From Octopus vulgaris (Eukaryota), in the NCBI GenBank assembly GCA_951406725.2, contig OX597817.1:158596001-158660000 (forward strand): a stretch of DNA of 64,000 nt, read 5' to 3'. How positions within the stretch are numbered: the first letter of the stretch is position 1; every line of letters begins with the position of its first letter. The notes below the pieces were generated by a model that was given only the letters and a program-made list of their open reading frames with translations, was not told the DNA's origin and made no database searches. This document shows positions 44,649-57,016 of the stretch, piece by piece. A program made the translations under genes and the position numbers.

Positions 44649-45672
44649 TTTTGGTAACTTATTTGCTTTATTCGTCAAGTTAGAACAAAAGTAGTTCAGT
44701 ATTCAAAGTAGAGGTCATGTTGCACTGTCTGAAGTCACGTTTAGGCCAGTTTTTGATTCCATAATGAAACCAGCTCTTGTCCCTTGAGACAAAGAACTCC
44801 TTCACTGAAGCTTTCATCACCTCTTGGTTATGAGACATCACAAGTGCAGGAAATGAGCCATGAACCAGAACAATAACTACAGTCAAATACTAGGTTTGAC
44901 ATAACTGACTATACTATAGTAGTACCCAACCAAGACTTCAGTCTTTTTTTTTCCTGTTTATTTTACTTGTTTCAGTCATTTGACTGTGGCCATGCTGGAG
45001 CACCGCCTTTAGTCGAGCAAATCGACCCCAGCACTTATTCTTTGGAAGCCTAGTACTTATTCTATCAGTCTCTTTTACTGAACCGCTAAGTTACGGGAAC
45101 GTAAACACACCAGTATCAGTTGACAAGTGATGTTGGGGGGACAAACAGACACACACACACATATATATATATATATGTGACCAGCTAGCCACTGCTGGGC
45201 GGCCTTTTCGTATCCAGCAGTCGTTGAAGCAACACGTTTTTGTTTGTCTCCCGCGGCCATAAGTCACAACTCCATAAGCCAGCCCCAACTCAACTCGTCC
45301 TGTCGAAAGACCCTTGTCCTACGTCCTGGTTTTGTTTTTATCCTTACCTTTATTGTTTTTACGTTTTTGTATTCTTATTCGTGCTTTCCTTATTGTTTTC
45401 ACGTATTTCTGTATTTTTATTCGTGTACATCGTTTGTTTTCTGTCCTTGTGTTGTATACATTCGAAGCTTTCTTCCAAGGGATCTAATGCGCTTGGCTTA
45501 GATTTCCCTTGGGGGCTGCCCAGGTCGGAGCAATCTCAAGATTAATCAGCCGAAATTGCGAAGATGATCCGGTTCTTGACTGGTAACTGAGGGCTTCAGA
45601 TGTCCCGTCCTGTGGTTCTTGTGTCGTCTTCTAGGTGTTTCACGTTCTTGTCCCAGTTTGTATATATTTTTT

Positions 45673-45726
<54 letters not shown>

Positions 45727-46284
45727 TACATACATACATATATACAACGGGCTTCTTTCAGTTTCCGTCTACCAAATCCACTCACAAGGCTTTGGGCGGC
45801 CCGAGGCAATAGTAGAAGACACTTGCCCAAGTGGGACTGAACCCGGAACCATGTGGTTGGTAAGCAAGCTACTTACCACACAGCCACTCCTGCACCTACA
45901 TGCTAATAGTTGAAATTAATAAAAGCAATAAAAGAATACACCCAGGAGTAAAAGAATATAACAAGGCTGTGTGGTTAGGAAACTAGTTTCAGGTTCAGTC
46001 CCACTGCATGGCACCTTGGGCAAGTGTCTTCTGCTATAGCCACGGACTAACCGAAGCCTTGTAATTGAGTTTGGTAGGCGGAAGTGTGTTGATGTGAGTG
46101 TAAGTGCTTGTGTCTCCTAACAGTTTCTTTTTTTCATATACATCTTCTTTACTACATTGCATTTCAATCACTATTTCCATCTCATTACCTTTATTTCAAT
46201 AACTTTGAATTGAAAGTCAAACACTTGACGCTCATCACAACCTTAAAACAAATACAAGAGAAGAACAATGTGTCTGCCACCTAC

Positions 46285-46363
46285 CACTAGCTTTAATTTC
46301 TTGTCTTTCCACCATATCAACTGTATCTATATTTGTCATGTAAGCAAACATTGCCATGGCCGC
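46285..46363 (-). CDS. ZBTB8OS: Archease exon 5 (AAMAMFAYMTNIDTVDMVERQEIKAS-G)
   Basis: ttctgttccag|...G|gtaggt; AMAMFxYMT motif. Confidence 0.93.
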
Positions 46364-46397
46364 CTGGAACAGAAACAAAGAAAAACACTCATGAAAA

Positions 46398-46480
<83 letters not shown>

Positions 46481-46512
46481 CAATAATAATAATAATAACT
46501 GGTATATCAATG

Positions 46513-46548
<36 letters not shown>

Positions 46549-47143
46549 GCCCTGATGCAGTACCAGGCAGTGGTTCTCGTGGCTTCAGATCTTAACTGAT
46601 TGGAAGTGTTATCATGTACATTGTTTTGTCTTGGTATAAAAGATGGGCTACAGCAAATATTCTGCTCAATACCACAGATTTGCTTGTCAGTTGTTTGACC
46701 TTAACCAGTTGAGCATGTCCCTTAGTGGCTGATGATATGTGCATCTCTGATCACGAGCTGAAGTAGTGGGGGAGCATCATAGCCATGTGTTGAGACGGAT
46801 TCTTTAGGGTTTGAATAATTCACCTCTAGAAACATGGGTATTTTATTCAACATCCTTAAACAACCCTTATTCAGGGACCGTTTGAGCGGGATGGGCTACT
46901 CAACCTGAAGAAAATTCTAACTGGGCCCCACCTGCAAGGTCATGTGCTGTTTATCTTGATATGAGATCACCATGTCGCGCACATATGGTTGTGATGCATG
47001 TGCCTAGTGTACCCTTATCAGACGAGTAGTCATGATGGGTATACTGGGCTTCGTATATTTTACCCCAGTGTCACTTTGATGGCATGCACTACTCTATCAT
47101 TCACTCAATAATAATAATAATAGTAATAATAATAATAATAATA

Positions 47144-47193
<50 letters not shown>

Positions 47194-48229
47194 CCTTTCA
47201 ACTGTAGGTACAAGGCCTGAAATCTTTCATGGAGATGCTAGTCTGAAATCTTTCATGGAGATGACAACCGGACCTCTTGAGAATTTGAACTAAAAAATGC
47301 TTGCTTGCTCACACTGGTGCTTATTTTGTCAAATAAGAAAAGATGAGAGCCAACTTTGGTGGAATTTGAACTCAGGATGTAAAGCCGGAAGAAATGCCAC
47401 TAAGCATGTAGTCCAGCATGCTAATGATTCTGCCAGCTCACCACCTTGATGATGATGATGATAATGATAATAATAATAATCCTTTTTACTATAGGCACAA
47501 AACCTGAAATTTTGGGAGAGTGGGGTGCTAGTTGATTGCATTGACTCCCAGTGCTTGACTGGTTCTTATAAAGAAGGATGAAATGTTAAACACTTTACCC
47601 AGTGCCCTAATGATTCTGCCATCCAAGAATTTGGACCTGGAGATCTCCATTTCCAGCGACTTCAAGGGCTACATGCCAGTGGTGTCGGGCATCAATGAAG
47701 AGCCCTCGACTACAAGATGACCAAAGTTTTTTTTTCCAAGGTCTGGGGTCTCCTGCCCCTAAGCCCTAGACCATCACCTAATCACCCTTACCCATCTTGT
47801 TGCTTAAAAATAACAACAACAATAATAGTTGTCATTTAATTTCCACTTTTCTGTGCTTGCATGATGTATTTTCCTAGGGCACAATAAAATGTCTGTGTTA
47901 GGATCTGGGCTTACACAGTACCATAAGCTCAACTCGATAAGCTTAGTTAGGCTTAACCATCATTATGTATCCAGGGTGTCATTCAGAAGAGAAAAGCATA
48001 ACACATGATGTTGTAATGTGAACAACATCATTTTAATGTTCTCTTTTCCATGTTTGCAAGGGCAGGATGGAATATATTGAAGCAGATATTCTACAGCTGG
48101 ATGCCTTTATGCCCTCCAATTGGCCAACCCTCACTAGTTTCCATAGCAAGGTGCTTTTGCAGAATATTGTTAATGAATGAAATTGCCTGTATGATAATGA
48201 CACTTGTTTACCACTATCACACACTGCAC

Positions 48230-48279
<50 letters not shown>

Positions 48280-48595
48280 TGGGGTAGACAGAGACAGACA
48301 GACACACACACACACACAATGGGCTTCTTTTAACTTCCATCCTCCAAATTCACTCTCAAGGTATTGGTCGGCCCGAGGCCATAATAGAAGACACTTGACC
48401 AAGGGGCCATGCAATGAGACTCAAGCTGTAACCACCTGGATGGGAAGCAAGCTTCGTAATCACTCACCTACATCTGCTTGTAACAAAATAAATCTGCAAA
48501 TGGATGAATGACACAAAATCCAATTTTACTTAATTTGAATGTAAATCTGAAGCTCTAAGAAATCATTGATTTATAGAAAAGTGTAAGGTTTTTAC

Positions 48596-48627
48596 CTGTT
48601 CAAAAGACTCCTGAAGTGTGGTGCCCC
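48596..48627 (-). CDS. ZBTB8OS: Archease exon 4, 32 nt (WGTTLQESFEQ)
   Basis: ttccttaactgacatttctctag|...CAG|gtaaaa; matches WGxTLxEAFEQ. Confidence 0.9.
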
Positions 48628-48808
48628 CTAGAGAAATGTCAGTTAAGGAAATATGAGTGGTGATGACTCATGAATGATGATGCTTCATGATGATGGTGAC
48701 AGTATTGTCAAGGGTGTATTTGAACCTCTATGTTAAAACCTACAAAATTCTGTAATCAACTGGAAATCTCCGCAGAAATAGTCGATGTCAGTATCTTGCA
48801 GGTTTTAA

Positions 48809-49028
48809 CCCTTTCATTACCAACCCGGCTGAATCCTGCCCTGGCTCTCAGTATAAATGTTTTGTTTTCATAAGTTTTGAATTAAAATCTCCCACCAAAC
48901 CTTAGTCACAATTTATGTTCCTAACACCAGCTTAATGATAACTGAGTTATTTTACTAAATTCATTGTTATATCTAAAGTAATTGAAAGAAATACAGAGCA
49001 TCTCAAAAGAAATAGAGTAACGAAAGGG
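48809..49028. mobile_element. piggyBac-like MITE
   Basis: TTAA|CCCTTTCATTAC...GTAACGAAAGGG|TTAA; empty site near 54285. Confidence 0.9.
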
Positions 49029-49536
49029 TTAATGTCTATAGAGTGGGTTTCCTCTACAGAGCTATCAAGTATCTGAAATGTTGGAATAAGCACAGGTACT
49101 GAAAATGCATTATGGGATATTGCCTTATTGCAAGAGGAGAGTTCTGACTACTGTGTATGTGTGAGTGCCTTGACATTGCATGATTGTTGTAAATTAATGT
49201 GATTCATTTCCAATGTTCTGCAAGAACATGTCTGGCCACAGGGAGATATTACCTTGCTTGGAAACAGATAAGTGTTGGCAACAGGAAAGACATCCGGCTG
49301 TAGTAAATCTGCCTCAATAAAATCTGTCCAACGCATGCAAGCATGGAAAAGTGGATGTTAAAATGATGATGATGAGGATAATTGTGGAGTAGCAGAATAG
49401 TAAGAAGCAGTCAACTGTAGACATGCTTTGTGATGTTTAACTGTGTCCTTCTGCTTTCTGCATTCAAACCCTCACCTCATTGCTTTAGCCTTCTATCCTT
49501 TCACACAGCAATAAAATCAACTATTGGGAGATATAC

Positions 49537-50040
49537 TGTAAATCCTCGTGTATAATCTGCATTTTTTCCCCAAAATTTAAAGGTCAAAATCCCTAGTGCC
49601 TACTATATATGAGGTTTGAAAGATATTTTCTAAGCAATGTCCAAGTCTCTATTTGCTGTCCGGCAATGTTTATTCAAATGCATTTTGTGATGTCAGATGC
49701 GAAAATACCTTAAGCTAAGCCTGAAAGCTATGAAGTCATAAAAGAATCATCCATAACCTGCAGTAAGCAACATTTATTAAACGTTATTACTGTTATTTCT
49801 TTATTTTCTGCAAACAAAATGCACAAAAAGCTACACGTTTGCATTATGTTACATATACAATAATAATAAAGGACGTTACCGTATACATTTTTACAAACCA
49901 AGGACATTATATAGACCTCCTTGACTCAAGTTAGAGAAGGGGTGCGTATTATACACAAGGTTTAGGTTTTTCAGAGGTACAGCCCCTAAAAGACCCCTGC
50001 GTATTATACTCAAGGGCAGACTATACTCGAGGATTTACAG
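49537..50040. mobile_element. pogo/Tc2-like non-autonomous element inside the U12 intron
   Basis: TA|ctgtaaatcctcgtgtataatc...gactatactcgaggatttacag|TA. Confidence 0.75.
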
Positions 50041-50254
50041 TACTGAATCTAAGATTCTCTTCCTATACAAATTCATGGCTTTGTGTCAAATATGTAAAAT
50101 ACCAATATTATTGCAACTTGAGCAGCAAATAATATTTCATTAGATGCAATGATAAGTGAAATGGATTGAATAAGATGATGATGGTAGTGATGATAGTGAC
50201 AGTGATGATCAGTGACAACATAGCCTCAAATATTAATTAGTTCTCAAAGGATAC

Positions 50255-50265
50255 AGGAATGAATT
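50255..50265 (-). CDS. ZBTB8OS: Archease exon 3, 11-nt micro-exon (Q-IHS-W)
   Basis: ctttacag|AATTCATTCCT|gtatccttt; restores the frame and the conserved Q-[LI]-H-x-W-G motif. Confidence 0.9.
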
Positions 50266-50689
50266 CTGTAAAGACAATAGAAGATGAAAGTAAAAGGTTT
50301 AAATCATTATCATTATTAATAATAAAAACGAAACTACTAAAAGTTCACAGTTATCACAAAGAAATAACAAGACAAAATGAAGCTACACTGGACTAATTGA
50401 TAGTCAGAAGAAAGACTTTCTGAAACACGAAGGACAAACTTGGAGTATCTGTAACAAGCTTCAAAACATCTGTCAGTTAGGGGCGTATATTCTGGGTGTG
50501 CTACGTGTGTGCTGCACACCCCTCGAAAATGGCAAATTCATTATAAATATTAACCTTACTCGTTAATTCAATCACAAATCTTAATGGAAAAATTTTGTTA
50601 TACCCCTGCTTAAAATTTGGTGGCATTGGGTGTGGCTGCACACCCAATACAACAAACATCATACACCACTGCTGTCAATAAAATATTTC

Positions 50690-51150
50690 CAAGTCAGTAG
50701 GGCTGTGATTCTCTAGGGTTTGTGCAGAGAGCATTCTTCTCAGTGGAGCCGAAACATGGACAATGAAAGAGTTTTGAGATTGTCTTCATGGTACATACAC
50801 CAGGTTTTTCATGAGAGCTCAGAACATGGGATGTGAACACAAGACCAAAGTGTAGACTTATGGACACATTCTATCCATCTCCTCTATTGTTGCTAAAAGC
50901 AGAGTATGCTTTGCTGGTCACTGCTATCATATTGAATACCAGATCATGTCAGATGTTATGTTTTGAAGACTTTCACATCCTAATAAGGGATGAAAACCAC
51001 TCAGCTCTGTTGATGTTGCTAATACAGACATGCAACATGAAATCGAAGACCTACCAAAGACAATGGAAGACAAAAAAAAATTCCTTGCATGGCATGGGGA
51101 AGTGTATTTCACCTGTAGTGGCCTGGAGCTAAAGAATGCCACTACAACTA
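50690..51150 (+). mobile_element. Degenerate RTE-like LINE fragment
   Basis: SILLSGAETWTM and FAGHC motifs, with frameshifts and stops. Confidence 0.5.
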
Positions 51151-51355
51151 ATGAAATATATAGGGGTTTATGTCACTACATTTACAAAGTACAGGGAATC
51201 ATCATCATCATCATCATCATCAACAACAAAAACAATATCCATGTTCCATGCTGGCATGCGTGGGGCAGTTTGACAGAATTAGATGAGCCTAAGGACTGGA
51301 CCATGCTCCAGTATTTGGTTTGATATGGTTTCTATGGCTGGACATCATATATTAA

Positions 51356-51577
51356 CCCTTTTGTTACCAACCCAGCTGAAACTGGCTCTGGATCTGAGTA
51401 CAAATGTCTTGTTTTCATAAGTTTTGAATTAAAATCTTCCACCAAACCTTCGTCACAACTTATGTTCCTAACACTAGCTTAATGATAACTACGCTATTTT
51501 ACTAAATTCTTTGATAAAAATTTAAAGTAATTAAAAGAAACACAGAGCATCTCAAAATAAATACAGTAATGAAAGGG
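51356..51577. mobile_element. piggyBac-like MITE, same family
   Basis: TTAA TSD, CCCTTT/AAAGGG termini, same interior. Confidence 0.88.
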
Positions 51578-52568
51578 TTAATGCTGATTATGTCACTACT
51601 ATTACAAACAGAGGGTATTAAGTTACTAAATCAACAGAAGTACAGGGGATTAAGTCACTTCAATTAAATATATACGGGATTATGTCAACAAATATAGATA
51701 CAGAAAACTATGTCACAACAACAACATAAATAGGGGTTATGCAATCCTAATCCTTTATATCCATTTCTTTACTACCCACAAGGGGCTAAACACAGAGGAG
51801 ACAAACAAGGACAGACAGACGGATTAAGTCGATTATATCAACCCCAGTGCGTAACTGGTACTTAATTTATCGACCCCGAAAGGACAAAAGGCAAAGTTGA
51901 CCACAGTGGAATTTGAACTCAGAACGTAGCGGCAGACGAGATACCTATTTCTTTACTACTCACAAAGGGCTAAACACAGAGGAGAAAAACAAGGACAGAC
52001 AGACGGATTAAGTCGATTATATCGACCCCAGTGCGTAACTGGTACTTAATTTATCGCTCCCGAAAGGATGAAAGGCAAAGTTGACCTCGGCGGAATTTGA
52101 ACTCACAACGTAACGGCAGATGAAATACTAAGCACTTTGCCCGGCGTGCTAACATTTCTGCAACAGCATATAGAGAAACTTGCAAATAGTTTGCATATGC
52201 AAGTGCTGCCGATTAAAACCTCTGCATACCAGATACCAGTAAGCTTCAGGGGTCATCAAGAGAGAAAATGCACTGTTTGGGGTGCCTTCCTCTCCATGAC
52301 TTCACAGCACACTGGTCCCCTCACTAATGTGAGGCCCCAACTACTGAATTGACTAACTAGAATTTGATCTTATGTCTTTCATCTTGGGAGCATCAGCACC
52401 ATTCAGACTGTGAAGTTACAACCGCATGTGTAGATTATATCATTACATTTTCAGGTACAGGGTTTAATGTCATTACAGCTACCTATGTAAATTATGTAGT
52501 CATAGTTACATAATCCCTAGTATCATAGGTGCTTTGGTATTAAAAAGGCTGAAGGAGTTGGTACTTAC

Positions 52569-52593
52569 TGGACATCAGCTGGATGGTCCAAGT
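52569..52593 (-). CDS. ZBTB8OS: Archease exon 2, 25 nt (YLDHPADVQ)
   Basis: ttttcag|...|gtaagt; conserved DHxAD motif. Confidence 0.93.
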
Positions 52594-53612
52594 CTGAAAA
52601 AAAAGTTATATAACAATTAAAAAATATAAAATGATTGTTATTAAATAGTTTTAAAAATTGTTTGTTAATGTCATTAATACTAACATATTAACAGCTTTAG
52701 AGTGACCCCAATACTCAACTGGTACTTATTATAATGGGCCTGTAAAGATGACAGGCAAAGTTGACCTCGGGGGAATTTGAACTCAGAATGTAAAGATGGA
52801 CAAAATGCCGTGAAGCATTCCGCCCAATGTAGAAAATGAAATGCTTAGCGGCATTTCATCCGTCTTTACGTTCTGAGTTCAAATTCCTCCGAGGTCAACT
52901 TTGCTTTCCATCCTCTCGGGACCAATAAATTAAGTACCAGTTGAGTACTGAAATCGATATAATCAAATGCCAAAATTTGAAAGCAATATTGGCTTCAACA
53001 CCTAATTACACTTTCATACGGGGTAGTGCACAACATAAGAGATATTGTGCACTCAATACTGACTAGTTGATTTTTGCCATTGGTCCTTATTGGGGGCAAG
53101 GTCATCAGCTTCATTAAATCAAAGTTTGCATCAGGCTATATAATCACTATCATCATCGTTTAACGTCCGCATTCCATGCTGGCATGGGTTGGACGATTTG
53201 ACTGAGGACTGGCGAACCAGACGGCTGCATCAGGCTCCAATCTGATCTGGCAGAGTTTCTACAGCTGGATGTCCTTTCTAACACTAACTAGTGGGTACCT
53301 TTTACGTACCACCGACATGAGGGCCAGTCAGGCAGTACTGGCATGGGAGCCAGTCAGGTGGCACAGGCAACGATCATGCTTGGATGGTGCTTTTTACGTA
53401 CCACTGGTACGGGACCAGTCAGGCAGCACTGGCATCGACCATGCTTAAATGGTACTTTTAATGTGCCACTGGCATGGGTGCCAATCAGTCGGTACTGTCA
53501 TCGGCCATGACAATGACTTCACTTGCCTCAACAGGTCTTCACATGTGCAGTTTATTGCCCAATGATTGATGGGTGCTCTTAAATGGGCTGGTTATGCTGC
53601 ACTGGCATTTTT

Positions 53613-55225
53613 TGCAAATGTATGAATGACACAAAATCCAATTTTACTTAATCTCTATATATAAAAAGCTGAAGTTGTCCGTGTATGGCAGGTTTGGTAG
53701 CCTTCAACTAACACTATCTCCTCCGAGACCCTGCAGCGCAAGTTGACCAAAATTGACAGTATGTTAGAAGAAGGCTTGCTCTTCTTTCTGTAGAAGAAAA
53801 AATTCAAATTGGACCATGTTAACACCAAAAATGTGCATTTTTTCTGTGAAAATCCCTATTTTTTACGATTTTTTTTACTGCTGTGTCGCCATTTTTCGGT
53901 GTATTTCAACCAGAAAAATGTTCACTTAAAGAGAATAACAAGCTACATAATACAAAATTTTACTTTTCAAAAATTCCAATTCTAAAGGGTTGAAACAAAC
54001 CCGAGCAATGCCAGGCGATACTGCTAGTTTGAATATAAATCTGAAGCTTTAAGAATTCGTTGATTTATAAAAGAGTGGAAGGTTTTTACATGTTCAAAAG
54101 ACTCCTGAAGTGTGCTGCCCCCTAGAGATGTCAGTTAAGGAAATATGAGTGGTGATGACTTATGAGTGATGGTGGTGACAGTATTGTCAAGGGTGTATTT
54201 GAACCTCTATGTTAAAACCTACAAAATTCTGAAATCAACTGGAAATCTTCACAGAAATAGTTGATGTCAGTATCTTGCAGGTTTTAATGTCTATGGAGTG
54301 GGTTTCCTCTATAGACCTGACAAGTATCTGAAATGTTGGAATCAGCACAGGTACTGAAAATGCATTGTGGGATATTGTCTTGTTGTAAGAGAAGAGTTTT
54401 GACTCCTCTGTGTATGTGCACGTGTATATGTTATTGTCCAGTTTTATTTCAAGATTTCTTGCCTACAGAATAAGGGCTGGTTTCTAACCTAGATTCAAGG
54501 TTCCTTCATTGGAATTTCAACATCAACAACAGGGTATTTTTGTTTTGAATGTATGTATGTATATGTGCAGATTTGTATGTTTTACTTTATGTATGTATTT
54601 TCATGCATATAGTTGTATATCTAGACATATTCATATGTATTTAAATGATAAACTTTCCAGAAGTTTATCAATATATATGTATGCATGTATGTAAATAAGG
54701 AGCATTCTGTCGGTTGCGACGACGAGGGTCCCAGCTGATACGATCAGCGGAACAGCTTGCTTGTGAAATTAACATGCAAATGGTTGAGCACTCCACTAAC
54801 ACGTGTACCCTTAACGTAGTTCTTGGGAAGATTCAGCGTGACAAGGCTGGCCCTTTGAAATACAGGTACTACTCATTTTTGCCAGTTGAGTGGACTGGAG
54901 CAATAAAATGTCCTGCTCAAGGACACAACGTGCCGCCGGGAATTGAACTTAACTCATGACCCTAACCACTGAGCCATGCGCCTTCATTTGTATGTATGTA
55001 CATATATATGTATACATGTATGATATATGTACATATAGGTGCATACATGTATGATGTATGTATGTACATATATGTGTGTGTGTGAGTGCCTTGACATTGC
55101 ATGATTGTTGTGAATTAATGTGATTCATTTCCAATGTTCTGCAAAAACGTGTCTGGCCACAGGGAAATATTACCTTGCTTGGAAACAGATAAGTGTTGGC
55201 AACAGGAAAGACATCCAGCTGTAGT
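53613..55225 (-). pseudogene. Intragenic duplicate of about 48495-49305 (archease exon 4 with U12 acceptor), in intron 1; pseudo-exon 54090-54121
   Basis: Colinear high similarity with 48495-49305 once each copy's TE insertions are removed; exon copy reads GG GGC AGC ACA CTT CAG GAG TCT TTT GAA CAT|gt. Confidence 0.85.
53652..54027 (+). mobile_element. Non-autonomous Helitron, subfamily B; empty site visible in the paralogous segment
   Basis: acttaa|TC...CTAG|tttgaat versus empty acttaatttgaat near 48530. Confidence 0.92.
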
Positions 55226-56229
55226 ATAGGAATGACTTGGGGGAAGGTATGTTAAATACATGAGGGCACTGGGAGTGAATCCTCTCTAAGACAGTGGTTC
55301 TTAAACTGACAAACAGCAGTGATACCCACCACCACCACCACCAAAAAAGTATCAGTGAAATGCTTGAATTTCTTTCCACCTACTTTATCAATGAGATGAC
55401 AAAATAGATTAATAGATTTTGCATCTGTATAATTCTTCTTTCTTCACTAAGGTTTGACAGATTAAAAAAATTTAAAACCAACCGAATTTTTATTAAACAT
55501 GGCCATTTGTCTATCTCCTTTTCAAACCTCACAGTTCCTGCCACTTATGAGAAACTCTACCTAAGCAAATAGTATCTCACGATTACCACAAGCATATCTT
55601 ATATCATAACCAACATGCCGGTAGTATCTTAGTCACGTACAACCAGATCTACGGTTATAAGTCCACAAAATGGAATAAATTTGGGTATGATGAGAACGAG
55701 AATTCTGATGTTCCGGATCGGACCCTCTGTCCGAGTATATACGGATATAAGGAGAACGCAGATAGACTGTTTACAGTATCCGGCAATCAGTTCAGAAGTC
55801 AGTGATTGCCAGCACGTGTCTTTAAAGTCAACACAGAAACTCTCAAATGACCAGTTCACTTAGCTGCTAAGTTTCACCAGAACTATTTAGTACAATACGC
55901 ACGAAAGATCCGTCTCTCTTTAACTCAAATCTATTCTATATTCCAATACAGATTACAACTAGTTCTTCCACCTCTTACATTTTATTAGCAGCAACCACCA
56001 GATCATCTCATGAATAAGGCAGATTTAATCCGGCCTTTGGGTGTCTTTAGCGATGTCCACTATGTTGTAAATATTCGGATCGAATCTCTAGTCTGAGGGT
56101 ACCTTTCTCTCAGCCTCCCACCAACCACCGAAACCCGTAAAAGGCGGCACTGTCATGCCTTTAGTTGTCAGGAGGAAAGTAGAAAAAGTGATCGAAAAAA
56201 AAAATGCGGTTATCCATTCAGCAGTCTAT

Positions 56230-56355
56230 GGTTAATATCTAGATCCGCACCCGGTGGGAAAAATGAGATCCGCACCCGGTGGGAAAAATGGAAACGAAAA
56301 TGTGTAACAGTTGTAATCTCATTTTTCCCACCGGGTGCGGATCTAGATATTAACC
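56230..56355. mobile_element. Small MITE with 40-bp perfect TIRs and 8-bp TSD (Merlin-like)
   Basis: CAGTCTAT|GGTTAATATCTAGATCCGCACCCGGTGGGAAAAATGAGAT...AACC|CAGTCTAT. Confidence 0.85.
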
Positions 56356-56794
56356 CAGTCTATATCAAAGGACTTTGCCTTGAATCTGATTAAAAGTTAT
56401 CATTACTTTTAAACTTCGGTCTGATCGTGTTGCATGATATACTGAAACCGTTTTAAATCGAAACTACGCATTTTATTTTTTTCTACAACTAATAACTTCT
56501 TAGTTAAGAAACGAAAAGACGAAAATCATCAATGGTAGCCCCATCCAAACACGGTGCTTACCCATTTCTACATTATCTGATGTGTATATTAACACAATCA
56601 AAACAAGACAATGATTTCGAGTCATTTTGTTTACATAAGATGTCGCAATAAGTTCGCTGAAACTCTTTCAAAAGTGGGCTATTTTATCATCAAGAAAAAG
56701 ATAAAAGGTATGAAGGATAACAAGTAATACAGAGCTAATAAACGATCAAAACAAAATAACTGAAAGCAAAGAAAATGTATTTACTAATAATTAC

Positions 56795-56858
56795 ATTCAT
56801 ATTTAATAACAGGCAGTTCCAAGTCCATGAAATCCTGGTTGGTACAATTGTTCGCCAT
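56795..56858 (-). CDS. ZBTB8OS: Archease exon 1 (MANNCTNQDFMDLELPVIKYE)
   Basis: aagATGGCG start; KYE-Y matches the archease N-terminal motif; donor T|GTAATT. Confidence 0.9.
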
Positions 56859-56938
56859 CTTCTTAGAATGAAGAGCCGACTGATGATAAAAGGAGGCCTG
56901 TGATTGGCTAGCTTCCTTGGTTACCAAAAACTACCAAA
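56859..56938. promoter_or_regulatory. Bidirectional promoter region between archease and IQCC
   Basis: 80 bp between divergent ATGs; YY1-like AAGATGGCG at the archease start; CCAAT (attgg 56903-56907); X-box-like gcttccttggttacc 56911-56925. Confidence 0.7.
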
Positions 56939-57016
56939 ATGACTTCCCAAAGTGACACATACTCTTTCAGCCGAAGCAATCCTTCTATTGCACTCCGTCA
57001 GATTCTCCTACTGCAG
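56939..57016 (+). CDS. IQCC: IQCC-like exon 1 (MTSQSDTYSFSRSNPSIALRQILLLQ)
   Basis: caaaATGA start, CAG|GTATTT donor; joins exon 2 to form the IQ motif LQAHIRGFVVR. Confidence 0.8.

Larger units (their letters stand above)
48628..50254 (-). other. U12-type (minor spliceosome) GT-AG intron of archease
   Basis: 5'SS GTATCCTTT; branch point TTCCTTAAC ending about 12 nt before the AG; no long polypyrimidine tract. Confidence 0.9.

Noticed and set aside
46397-46545. Poly-Ile ORFs and the (ATT)n/(AAT)n inversion near archease exon 5
   Set aside because: Abutting simple-repeat tails; no evidence of coding or function.
52569-52593. DHPAD rather than DHTAD in archease as a sign of lost function
   Set aside because: The His and Asp and all other motifs are intact; one substitution supports no claim without an alignment.
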